From assembly GCF_006345805.1 (NCBI RefSeq), contig NC_043000.1, positions 10,726,001-10,790,000 of the forward strand: a DNA stretch of 64,000 nucleotides, in the 5' to 3' direction. A model generated the notes under the pieces. The model saw only the letters and a list, made by a program, of their open reading frames with translations, did not search any database and was not told the DNA's origin. A program made the translations under genes and the position numbers. Of the stretch, positions 1-11,281 are shown in pieces (the first letter of the stretch is position 1; every line of letters begins with the position of its first letter). Source of the stretch: Octopus sinensis (Eukaryota).

Positions 1-504
1 GTTAAAAAAAATTTTTCCAATAATAATAATGTGTATGACTTGAGATGTTTACCTTGCCTTACGTTTGTTGTCCCCTTTAACAATTATATATCTGCTGCAT
101 TGGAAATCTGCAATGGCTCCATAACTACCATCTCAGCTATAACCTTGGAGCCCTAGTAATATGTTACAACACTTACCTAGCATACCTAATTGTTCAGGTC
201 ACCTGTAAACTTAACCCCCATACTTTGTGTGTGTGTGTGTGTGTATACATACATACATACATATACACACCTGATAGATTTTTTATTGTTCAAATTTTCA
301 TGTTCAATAAGATTCAGTATATAATTTAATTGCTTATGTTTCTGTTGTGTCAGTCTTGAATGAGAGAAATTTTGTTACACCCACCTCTCTTTCTCTCTCT
401 CTCTTTCTCTCTTATTTAAAGAAATGTGCCATATAATTAAAAATGCTAATAATGATATTTCATTTTTGTAAATGGTTTGTAAGATTCTTGATGTAAACTC
501 ATGT

Positions 505-925
505 ATACAAACATATTTTGCTGCATCTTGAGTCATTATGCCAATAATAAACACATACACTGGTTCTCTTTAACTTCATTATTTTTTTTATTTATCAATT
601 GGCTAAGCATTTAACTAATTGATTGTTTGATTAATCGTTTGATCACTCAGTCAGCTAAGTCTGTCAGAGTGCTTTCATCATCATTCATCACCATCAAGGA
701 GACATGCAGACCAGGAGTAGAGAGGGCATGTCATTGATAAGGTCATGAATAGCAACAAAAGGACGTTGACAAACCTAGAGGATTGATTAATTGCCTGAGC
801 AATTAATTTAACAATCAATTAGTTAATTGGTTAAATGGCTAATTGGTTAAATTAAAGAAGTGAAATAGAACCTATGCATGTGTTTATTGGCATAATGAAC
901 TTCCCATGATGCAACAAAATACTAA
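505..925. repeat. Old degenerate inverted repeat (MITE/fold-back relic)
   Basis: About 505-655 (tattttgctgcatc...cattatgccaataataaacacat...ttaactaattgattgt) is the degenerate reverse complement of about 785-925. Confidence 0.45.
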
Positions 926-1394
926 TAAAATCTAACTTCATTTGTTACAGTTTCTACAACCAACATTTCCACAGCAAACAAATAAAGGCTAGTGTTTGGA
1001 GTTAACTCTTATAAATGGACTTAGCTTTAAAGCCTCATTTAAGGTGATAGAGCATATAGCTAACGGCTACAGTGCTAACAGCATAGTATTGATAGAGAAT
1101 TACTGTTGTTCCTCTGTGTTTTTGTTGACTGAGTTTTTTTTTTTTACCTGAATTTGGAAACAGTAAATACACATGATTGTTGTAAATAATAAATTAAATT
1201 GTACTTTTATTTTTTAACATTTATTTTTCTTTTCACATGTCATTACCAGCATCTGTTTTGCCATACTGCAGTGGGTTGGCAATGTCTGCTATACAGTATA
1301 CCAACAATCATCTCAGTATAACTTCACAACTTCATCATACATCTTCTTCAGTCTCCTCCATTAATGACTATCCTTTACCTACGTATCATACAGT

Positions 1395-1625
1395 AAAATA
1401 GTCTATGATAAGTAAAGAACATTGTTTACTACATGGTCATTTGACTTGCTAGAAATAGCATCCAAATCTCCCTCACTATACCATGCCATATTAAAAGAGA
1501 AAGACAACATTTAATAACCTAGTCCCAGATATATTATGCCTGAAAAAAGATCAGAGAGCCACATGTGAAATGCTGTTGATCATAGATTTGTTGGATCAGA
1601 GCTAACCAAGGATTAAACCACAACA
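1395..1625 (+). mobile_element. Interspersed retroelement 3'-end family (ctgctagaaatagcagccaaatctccctc...gatcagagctgacc...aaacaac)
   Basis: Related copies at about 21230-21400, 41210-41425, 47880-48075, 57780-57975, 59880-60060 (+) and about 39030-39290 (-). Confidence 0.6.
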
Positions 1626-1649
1626 TATATACATATATATATATATATA

Positions 1650-1847
1650 GGGAGGAATTACAACCGTGTTTCGTGGTCTGCTACCCCAACAGCTCCTTTA
1701 TAGGATCCAGTTAAGTCAAGACATCATCAGGAGGAATCACGTCCGGTTTCGGCCCCTACTCCTCTACCGTTTTGACGTGGTGGGCCCCCCCTTTCGGAGG
1801 TGTCTTCAGCTCTGGTGTTGGGTGCATGTCTTCTTTCTTCTTCTTTC
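1650..1847 (-). mobile_element. GC-rich ~200-bp insert with two diverged 79-nt units, Penelope-like
   Basis: Flanked by a ~60-bp direct duplication (1589-1649 and 1848-1918). The internal repeat ggaggaatYacNNccg(t)gtttcg starts at 1651 and 1730. Confidence 0.4.
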
Positions 1848-1883
1848 TGTTGGATCAGAGCTAACCAAGGATTAAACCACAAC

Positions 1884-1918
<35 letters not shown>

Positions 1919-1923
<5 letters not shown>

Positions 1924-2302
1924 CTCTATATAAACGGCAGTTTGTCTGTGCGTGTTTCTGTGTGTCTGTTTTCTCGTACCCTCACCCTGACCACGGCTTT
2001 CAACCGATTCTGATGAAACTTGACACACACATAGCCCAATGTCATAATTCAAAACTAACGCAGCGAAAATTTTGAAAAGTTCCCCCAGTTCTGAAAAAAT
2101 CGATAAATTCGACATGGGGTCGAGAATAAAAAAAAACAAACCACAGACTGTCTAGGGGACGCAACTCAACCTTTTATTACTCTCAAAAAAAAATTACCAT
2201 CATTTTTTTTCCATTTTTGGCTATTTTTTGGCTATAACTCTCTAAAAATGCTTTATAGTTATTTCCCTTACAAACCTGAGCAACGCCGGGCGATACTGCT
2301 AG
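1919..2302 (+). mobile_element. Non-autonomous Helitron-like element, family H1
   Basis: A|TC 5' end and CTAG|T 3' end, with a small cgcc-g-ggcg hairpin before the end. No TSD; inserted in (TA)n. A near-identical inverted copy lies at 62282-62666. Confidence 0.8.
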
Positions 2303-2439
2303 TATATATATATATATACGCACAGACATACACACACACACACAGAGCTTATGCTGTAGAGTGTCCCCATTGTCAGCTTTTGACTTGAAGTGACTGATTT
2401 TGGCACCACTCTCCAGTTTCATTGCCTCTGATGATGTTG

Positions 2440-2790
2440 AGTGGATTGATATTATTTAGAGAATGTCCAAGGATATAAATTGTAAGAACTGCATCATCAG
2501 TATAATCCACTATAATCTCTTTCTCAGCTATTTCTATCACTGCTATAATGACCTCTGCTTCTCAGAGCTAATTAAGCTCATGACACCTCCACTCAAGCAT
2601 TTCCATGCCACTCATTACTCTTGTTTCCACCCCAACTCAGGGTCTGTATTAAACACTACACCCAGTCTTTCCTCCTGAGAATACTATCCTTCCAGAATTC
2701 CTTCTTTTCTCATGCTGGTGTTGATTTACAAAGTGTCAAGAGAAGCATTAAAGGTATTAATCTCACCAATATATCAAAGCCAGCAAAGGC
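2440..2790 (+). pseudogene. Decayed 3' end of a CR1/L2-type LINE ORF2
   Basis: Frameshifted peptides SLFLSYFYHCYNDLCFSELIKLMTPP and SFFSHAGVDLQSVKRSI resemble recalled CR1/L2-group C-termini (SLSLFYRYY..CSSELA.LVP; .DL..FK.RIN). Not verified by search. Confidence 0.4.
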
Positions 2791-3213
2791 CATGATTATT
2801 TCCTCTTCTTCCAGATCCGACAGGTAAAAATATAAATGAGGAAATCACAAGATTGCATTCAATGAGCTCTGAAAGCAAATATAAAGCCTACCTCAAGTCA
2901 GCCATTTAGAGTTGTCTTATGTATATCACAATCACAAAAGTGTTGTCTCAGTCCTTCAACATAGAAGCTATATATGTGTATGCATATTTAGATAAGACCT
3001 ATATGTTTGTATATATGTATATACACTCATTTAAAATTCAAAGACTGGCATAACAGGTCAAAAGTAGAATGTTATTGTTATATATGAGGAGATATGTATG
3101 TGTATCATCATCATCACCACCATCATTATTGTCTATGCTGGCATGGGTTGGACAGTTTGACCAGAGCTGGCCAGCTGGGGAGCTGCACCAAACTCCAGTC
3201 TGACTTGGCATAG

Positions 3214-3277
<64 letters not shown>

Positions 3278-3539
3278 GTTATTCTCACCTTGAGACTGGG
3301 AATATCAGCTCAGCATTACTTGGTCAAAGCATATATTAACCAAGGTCATCTCAATTTGTCTCTGTCACCTTATCTAATATATATTATTCCTTTTGCTCAA
3401 ACAGCAGTTTGCTTTGATCAAAATGCACTCTCTCTCCCAACTCGCTAAACTGTTTTGAATCTATTTTGTCAATTCACTGGTGTCTTTATAATAATGGTAC
3501 TTGTGCATGCTAATATGTCCATTCTTTCCTGTTCTATAG

Positions 3540-3615
3540 CTAGTCCGAACCCTCGTCTCTCCTAACAACCCACTCAATCAAACAGCAGCTTGTCAGAAAG
3601 TTATGAACTCCTGCA
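3540..3615 (+). CDS. USO1: USO1/p115 coding exon (first in window; armadillo head)
   Basis: ctatag acceptor and gtaag donor. Encodes LVRTLVSPNNPLNQTAACQKVMNSC, which matches recalled vertebrate p115 LVRVLVSPTNPPGATSSCQKAM. Phase 0 in, phase 1 out. Confidence 0.9.
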
Positions 3616-3844
3616 GTAAGTTAACTTATTATTGTTATTTTCTTTTATCGTTAGTAAGCTGGGCAAAATGCTTAGCAGTGTTTCATCTGTCTTTACATCC
3701 TGAGTTCAAATTCCACCAAGGTCAGCTTTATCTTTCATCCTTTCAGGGTCAATAAAAGAAGTACTAGTTGAACACTGGGGTCAGTGTAATAGACTTACCC
3801 ACTCCTTCGAAATTGCTAGCCTTACATCAAAATAAGAAATCATT

Positions 3845-3880
<36 letters not shown>

Positions 3881-5765
3881 GTGTAAGGTGGTGAGCTGGC
3901 AGAATCGTTAGCATACTGGCGAAATGCTTAGTGGTATTTCACCTGTCACTACATTCTGAACTCAAATTCTGTTGTGTTCAACTTTGCCTTTCGTCCTTAA
4001 TAAATTAGATACCTGTGAAACACTGGGGTTGATGTAATCAACTAGCCTCCTCCCAAAATTTTAGGCCTTGTGCCTTTAGCAGAAAGGATTATTATTATTA
4101 TTGTGTATGATATTAAAATGCTAGTATATGTGTGTTATTCTGGCAATGGTTAGTGAAAGTGAGAGGCAAAAAAAGAAAGACTGACAGGTGCTGATAAGGA
4201 AGAGTTCTGCAGAAAGGAATACAGAAATTGTAAGAAGAGGGAGAGAATGCTGTTATGTTAAGCAATGAAATGTTTAGGTTCAGTAAGGAGCAAAGACAGA
4301 GAGAGAGAGAGAGAGAAAAAGGGTGTTTACAGGAGGGAATATGGTAGAGGTGAGAGTAAAGAGAAGGGAACGCTACAGGCAAAATTACATGCGCACACAT
4401 ACACACAAGTATTTGATCTAGTTCTTTGCATTCTGAGTTCTAAACCTGCCAAGGTCAACTTTCATACCTACAGAGTCAATAAAATAAAATAACATACCGA
4501 TCATTGGGGTTGATGTAAATGACTAGTCCCCTCCCCTCAAAGTTGCTGGCCTTGTGCTTTAATTAGAAAGCATAATTACTACTACTACCACTACCACCAC
4601 CACCACTACTACTACTACTACTGAAACGACTAAACTGCCAGCAGAACAACCAGTTTTTCTGTTAGATTCTTCCACTTGTTCATCTAGTTCCTGAGATCTA
4701 GTCTTGCTAAAAATAAAGTTATACAGGTTGTATGAAGCAATCAAGAGCAAAACAAAGTACAAAGAAAAATAACACCAATCAGGGAAAAAAACAACATCAA
4801 AGTAACGGACCATTCAAGAAAACCAACCTCATTTTCAGTAATGGCTCTGATCTGGTCATGGAAGTAACTATTTAGTAGGGTGATACAAAGATGATGACAA
4901 CAAGAAGGGAGAAGAGTGTGTCAGAAAGGCCTGTGTAGAGAGATATGTAGCTTGCTTGTTGAGATGAGCTATTGTTGCTGAGATAGTTCTAGTTGAGATT
5001 GAGAGGAGAAACAGCACGTCTGTGAGCTAATGGTTGTTGTGAGTTCATTTAATGACTCTTTGCCAATTAGCTGAATGGCTTTCATTTGGATATGATATTG
5101 GACGTGTGTATGTGTAGTGGCAACACCATTGTAGATATGTGAGTTGTTCTCCATTGTGATTATTAATTGATCAGTGCAATGGTCAACAACTGAATCAAGG
5201 CTAAAATATTTCCTGACCCTGTAAAGAAGTCTAGTCTTTTAGGTGCAGTTTTGCTACTATTATATATAGTAGGTGACTGAGAAATTATCAGAGATTGAGA
5301 GGCCTCGCATTTGTAGTGTCTTATGCATATATTATATCAAAAATAGACAGTCTACTCTGAGGTTTGACTTAGGTTGTTTACAACTATTAGGTAGAAAGAG
5401 AGATTTACTGTATTTATAAGGTTGCATAGACATTAGATATGCTTGGATGGGTGGGATATTGAATATCATTGTGGATCCTAATTTAAAATATAGGAACTAT
5501 ATTAAAATTCAATGTTAGCATATGTGGATGTATGGGTAGAAATGCTCCTGCTATTTTATGACTGTTATAAGGATATATGAGAACTTTATTGAAATCTTTG
5601 GAATTGACATAATAGTTCTGTATGCATACATACATACATACCTACATATGTTTGTGTATATACATATGTACATACATGAATACACAAATGCACACAAGCA
5701 TCTATATAATTTCTTGTTGTAGATTCTGTTTTTCTTATTTTACATATTTGTTTCTGTGATTTCAG

Positions 5766-5830
5766 ATTTGTTGAAGCAGTTATGTACTATACTAATGGCC
5801 AGTGGTGTTCCGGCAGATGTCCTAACAGCG
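5766..5830 (+). CDS. USO1: USO1/p115 coding exon
   Basis: tttcag/gtatgg. Encodes (N)LLKQLCTILMASGVPADVLTA, cf. p115 LLQQLCTILMATGVPADILTE. Confidence 0.95.
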
Positions 5831-6190
5831 GTATGGTCTAAAATATCCTTAATACCTTCATTACTTTATTTATTCACTGAAAGTGTGGTTAATTATTTTA
5901 CCAATTGTAACATTTCCACTGTGTTTAATTAAATATGTTTGATTCTGTGACTATTTGAGAAACTAAATTCCAAAGCAGTAATTAGAATTTTCTCTTTTAA
6001 TTACAGTTGTGTGCAACTGTTTATATATTCATATTAGCACCCATTTTATTTCTTTATAGTCATGTTACAATTTTAGACTATTTCAAATGTTGTAAAGTAA
6101 ATATTTAAATATATTCATGAGTTTGTAAATTAGATACACTATAAAAATTTTTATTTGTTATGATACTAAAATAACATTTATTTTTTCCAG

Positions 6191-6279
6191 ACCATCAATA
6201 CTGTGTCTGAAATAATTCGAGGAAACTTAGCCAACCAAGAGTTTTTTGCATCTGTGATGGCACCATCAAAACCACCTAG
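6191..6279 (+). CDS. USO1: USO1/p115 coding exon
   Basis: ttccag/gtaact. Encodes TINTVSEIIRGNLANQEFFASVMAPSKPP(R). Confidence 0.95.
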
Positions 6280-6542
6280 GTAACTTTCATTGCTTTCTTT
6301 GAACATTTGATTTTATATCTGACCACTGTGTTTTCAATTGCCATTGATCTATGTAATTTTTACTGTTTCAGTCCAGTATTGGAAAATTCTACTCTTTAAC
6401 TTTGTTTTGTCTGTCATATTGAATTCTGTGGTAATTTGTAAATGAATACTTATTGAAACTTACCAAGTTTATTATTATATTTTAGATATCTAAATTAGAT
6501 ATTTTAGATGTATAAATGTTTTTATTTTCTATACTATTATAG

Positions 6543-6697
6543 ACCTGCCATTGTGGTTCTGTTGATGTCTATGGTGAATGAAAAACAACCTTTTGTCCTA
6601 CGATGTGCTGTTCTCTACTGCTTCCAGTCTTTCTTATTCAAGAATGAAGTTGGCCAATCTCAGATTGTGCAAACACTTCTACCCACAACTGCTGATG
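6543..6697 (+). CDS. USO1: USO1/p115 coding exon
   Basis: ttatag/gtgaga. Encodes PAIVVLLMSMVNEKQPFVLRCAVLYCFQSFLFKNEVGQSQIVQTLLPTTAD, nearly identical to the p115 head motif. Confidence 0.97.
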
Positions 6698-7417
6698 GTG
6701 AGAGAAGCAATCACGGTATTTTACATTCATATGTTGAATTTTGTCTCCATGTTTCCACCCGATGACCTTTTGGCACCAACATCCGCATCTCTCAGTCATG
6801 TTTACTGACCACTTGTTTTATAATTTTATTTCCTACTTTATCCTTTTTATTTCTTTATGTTTTGTAAAGAAAGACTTCCATTCTCCCAATTTTATAGCCT
6901 TTTATTTATTCTTGTTGTTTTCCCCTTTCACTAAAACTTTAGTGTATTATTAGTGTATTATGTTATCATCCCACACTAATACCTCCATCCTACAATTCAA
7001 ACACTGTACCCCAATTGCACCACTATATTTCAGATTTTTAGTTATATTTTGTTCAACCTTTACTTTTATCATGTAATTTGCTATTAAATCCTTCAATATG
7101 TAAACAATACAGAGACTGTCTACAAGTCTTGATAGTTATCTTCATTGCCATGTTATAACAGATCAATATCTGTTATATAACAATTATTTTATGTCTACTA
7201 AAAGATGTTACATTATATGACTGCTTCACAGTGTTATATTATTCAAACAACTAAATGATAGTTACAGTGTATCTTCCTTTTTAACTATACCATATCTCTG
7301 CAGTTTGGAACAGTATATTGTTTCTAGAAATCCCTTTTATTAAAGTGAGAATGTATGTTGTATAAAATAACACTGTGTTCTAATTCAAATATAGCTCTAC
7401 AACCTACCCTTTTAGTT

Positions 7418-7720
7418 TCATCATCATTATCATCGTTTAGCGTCCGCCTTCCATGCTGGCATGGGTTGGATGGTACAACTGGGGTCTGGGAAGCCAGAAG
7501 GCTGTACCAGGCTCCAATCTGATCTGGCAATGTTTCTACAGCTGGATGCCCTTCCTAACGCCAACCACTCCATGAGTGTAGTGGGTGCTTTTTACGTGCT
7601 ACCTGCACAGGTGCCAGACGAGGCTGGCAAACGGCCACGATTGTATGGTGATTTTTACGTGCCACCAGCACGGAGGCCAGGCGAGGCTGGCAACGGCCAT
7701 GATCGGATGGTGCTTTTTGT
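7418..7720 (-). mobile_element. RTE-type 3' end with VNTR and (GAT)n tail, family R
   Basis: Reverse complement of ...ggcgttaggaagggcatccagctgtagaaa...ccatgctagcatggaaagcggacgctaaacgatgatg, with about 2 VNTR units. Confidence 0.8.
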
Positions 7721-8085
7721 TTGTCAGATAAAAGTAGTTTGACAGATGAAAGTAACATGAGTGTTTGCTCTTGTGTTTATTCTTTATTGTTAAACTATAA
7801 AAAGACAGTGTATGGAAGAAAAGTAATTTATGGTGTGTTTGAGTACGTTAAAACGGAGAGGAAGCTTATTTCATATTAGATCAACATTTTGTAAATAGTT
7901 TGTACTATATTCTAAATTGGTTGATGGGCCCAGTAAACTATATCATTTCTGTATAATGGTATGTAATTACTACAGAATATTGCAACTAATACCTTTACCC
8001 AACTGACATGACAACTGTATAACTATTGATATTCAATGTGTTTGTGGCCGGATTCTTAATCACTTTCAGTTTCTGTTTATTTCAG

Positions 8086-8291
8086 TGAATACCATCACAG
8101 CTGGACAACTTCTGTGTGGTGGCTTGTTCAGTGGCGACTCATTATCAAACTGGTTTGCTTCAGTTGCTCTCCTGCATGCCATTTTAGAGAACAATACACA
8201 ACGAGAACAATTACTTAGAGTACAGTTGGCTACAAGTCTTGGTAATCCACCAGTATCTTTGTTACAACAATGCTGTAACATGTTGGCACAA
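8086..8291 (+). CDS. USO1: USO1/p115 coding exon
   Basis: tttcag/gtaagt. Encodes (V)NTITAGQLLCGGLFSGDSLSNWFASVALLHAILENNTQREQLLRVQLATSLGNPPVSLLQQCCNMLAQ. Confidence 0.97.
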
Positions 8292-8475
8292 GTAAGTTGA
8301 ACAAAATTTGGAAACTTTTCTCTTGTTTCTACATTGTGTTGAAGATATTTATATAAACATGCAATGTAATTTGGTTAACTATCTAAATTTTATTCAAGAA
8401 ACATAATTGTTATTTGAATGATAAACTTTGACTCAGACATTGAATTAAAAGTTGTAAGGAATCTGTTGTCTGATG

Positions 8476-9478
8476 CTGGCAAATATACCACTGGCCACAA
8501 ACATACCACTGGCCAATACCACTGGTCACAAACATACTACTGGCCACAAACATACCACTGGCCACAAACATACCACTGGCCACTACCACTGGTCACAAAC
8601 ATACTACTGGCCACAAACATACCACTGGCCACAAACATACCACTGGCTACAAACATACCACTGGTCACAAACATACTACTGGCCATAAACATACCACTGG
8701 CCACAAACATACCACTGGCCACAAATATACTACTGGCCACAAACATACCACTGGCCACAAACATACCACTGGCTACAAATATACCACTGGTCACAAACAT
8801 ACTACTGGCCACAAACATACCACTGGCCACAAACATACCACTGGCCACAAGCATACCACTGGCCACAAACATACCACTGGCCACAAACATACCACTGGTC
8901 ACAAACATACTACTGGCCACAAACATACCACTGGCCACAAACATACCACTGGCCACAAACATACCACTGGCCACAAACATACCACTGGCCACAAATATAC
9001 CACTGGTCACAAATATACTACTGGCCACAAACATACCACTGGCCACAAACATACCACTGGCTACAAATATACCACTGGTCACAAACATACTACTGGCCAC
9101 AAACATACCACTGGCCACAAACATACCACTGGCCACAAGCATACCACTGGCCACAAACATACCACTGGCCACAAATATACCACTGGTCACAAACATACTA
9201 CTGGCCACAAACATATCACTGGCCACAAACATACCACTGGCCACAAACATACCACTGGCCACAAACATACCACTGGTCACAAACATACTACTGGCCACAA
9301 ACATACCACTGGCCACAAACATACCACTGGCCACAAATATACAACTGGTCACAAACATACTACTGGCCACAAACATACCACTGGCCACAAACATACCACT
9401 GGCCACAAACATACCACTGGCCACAAATATACCACTGGCCACAAACATACCACTGGCCACAAACATACCACTGGCCAC
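8476..9478. repeat. 18-bp minisatellite (CCACTGGCCACAAACATA), about 55 units, in a USO1 intron
   Basis: Direct tandem array with recurrent linked variants (ggtcac followed by ctactgg). It explains ORFs 8418-9668(+), 8473-8688(+) and 8537-9478(-). Confidence 0.97.
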
Positions 9479-9878
9479 TCTTGAATCACAAAAAGCAAAT
9501 AACAGAGCATTATCATTCTTGGAGGATCTCTGTGAAAGACATACTTTTTACAAGTTAATAATGATCTTGTCAGATGCAGATTTAATGAAGCTGCTGACCT
9601 TGCTACGAATAGGAATCAATAGCCATGACAGATTGATCAGTGTTGAGTGCAAAATTTCTCTTGCATAATAAAGACTACTGTGTAGGAAATGGAGGATGAG
9701 GATGACAATAATGACAAAGAGGAGGGAAGCATTGTATTTTATCAATTGCACATCCTAATTATTGTACATTTTTTCATGATTGAGACCAGTGTTTCAACCC
9801 ACAAGAACTTATGATTCCGAGAGAAATCAAGAACTATCTATTTTCAGTGAAAAAATAAATCAGAGAAATATTTATGTA

Positions 9879-10592
9879 GGCACAGGTATGGCTGTGCTGT
9901 AAGAAGTTTATTTCTCAACCACATGGTTTCAGGCTCAGTCCCACTTCATAAGACTATGGCTCTTGGACTGACCAATGCCTTGCGAGTGGATTTGATTGAG
10001 AGAAGCTGAATGAAATTATATATATATATACATACTAGCACTATGACCCAGCAACGCCGGGTCATACTGCTAGTGCATGCATATACAGCTGCATGCATGC
10101 ACACATACACGCAAGTACTGTCCAAATCTCCGACCAATCACATACAACTAGCTGGCATTCAATTGGCGTATGAAGTTTCGGGCATTTTGATTGGGTTTTG
10201 GATAGAAAATTCACAATAAAGTCACTTCTATTGATTTTTTTAATGGCTTTGTTGGGTGACTAGGGAAATGTAAAGATGTGCATGACCACCCTTGGACGGT
10301 TTTGAATGATCATAGAAAGTGCGAGCCCTCTAACTGAAAAATTGTGGATTTGTATAAAGGACACACACACACAGACATCCATTTTGCCGTTTATATGGAT
10401 ATATATATTTGTCATGTAACCAGAGTCCTTCCTTTCCAGTCTTCTGTGAAATCATGTCTGGTCATGGGGAACTATTATCTTACTTGGAGACAGGTGTGGG
10501 TCAGCAACAGGAAAGGCATCTGGCTGTAGAAAATCTGCCTTCACAAATTCCTTCTGATCCATGTAAACAGAAAAGTGGATGATGCTAATGAT
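9879..10592 (+). mobile_element. Composite tRNA-head SINE with RTE-like tail, interrupted by Helitron-like H2
   Basis: Head ggcacaggtatggctgtg...aaccacatggtttcaggctcagtccc, a central (TA)n holding the H2 insertion, and tail aggaaaggcatctggctgtagaaaatctgcc...gatgatg. Intact relatives at about 15762-16200(-), 19835-20260(-), 24308-24762(-) and 51085-51490(+). Confidence 0.65.
10035..10399 (-). mobile_element. Non-autonomous Helitron-like element, family H2
   Basis: On the minus strand it starts A|TC catataaacggc (shared with the H1 5' end) and ends CTAG|T with a 39-nt terminal hairpin. A second copy lies at 17976-18320. Confidence 0.75.
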
Positions 10593-10787
10593 GATTGACT
10601 CTATTGATTTGAAATAACTAAGAACACATATAGTTAGTCACTAGACTTCTCGCTTCCAGATTTTGTTTTTGGGAACAAAAATCAAGTGAATGAAGTAAGA
10701 AAAGTAGCCAATGTTTATAGCGCATTAGGAATCCTAAATTGGTTTACAAGCATTTTATCTTTTATGTTTGATATAAAAGATATTATT

Positions 10788-11281
10788 GCGAAGACCTGTT
10801 GGGGCAAGTGAAATCGAAATCGAAATCGGAATAGGAATCGAAATTGAACCAATCCTATGACTGGCACCCGGCAGATGCCAGGACTCCTGGACTGGAGATA
10901 CGTAAAAAGCACTATCTGAATCGTGGCCGATGCCAGCGCCGCCTTGACTGGCTTCCGTGTCGGTGGCACGTAAAAAGCACCATCCGAATCGTGGCCGAAG
11001 CCAGTGCCACCTCGACTGGCTTCCGTGCAGGTGGCACGTAAAATGCACCAATCCGACCATGGCCGATGCCAGCCTCGCCTGGCACCAGTGCAGGTGGCAC
11101 GTAAAAAGCACCCACTACACTCACGGAGTGGTTGGCGTTAGGAAGGGCATCCAGCTGTAGAAACATTGCCAGATAAGACCGGAGCCTGGTGCAGCCTTCT
11201 GGCTTCCCAGATCCCCGGTCGAACCATCCAACCCATGCTAGCATGGAGAACGGACGTTAAACGATGATGATGATGATGATA
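10788..11281 (+). mobile_element. RTE-type 3' end with VNTR and (GAT)n tail, family R
   Basis: gaagacctgttggggcaagtgaaatcg head, 3-4 copies of the gtggcacgtaaaaagcacc unit, and the conserved tail with (GAT)n. Confidence 0.8.

Noticed and set aside
951-1046. Possible additional USO1 exon after ttgttacag
   Set aside because: It reads FLQPTFPQQTNKG then a stop in the required phase and has no similarity to p115.
5843-5850. ATATCCTT resembling an AT-AC U12 donor 12 nt downstream of the exon 5766-5830 donor
   Set aside because: There is no CCTTAAC branch site or frame-preserving AC acceptor at the next exon, and the GT-AG junction gives an ungapped match to p115.
8418-9668. 416-aa ORF (ATNIPL repeats) and antisense 313-aa ORF as a novel repeat protein gene
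   Set aside because: The canonical 18-bp unit has no stop codon in any frame, the ORF changes register within the array, and it lies in a USO1 intron. Kept only as a repeat finding.
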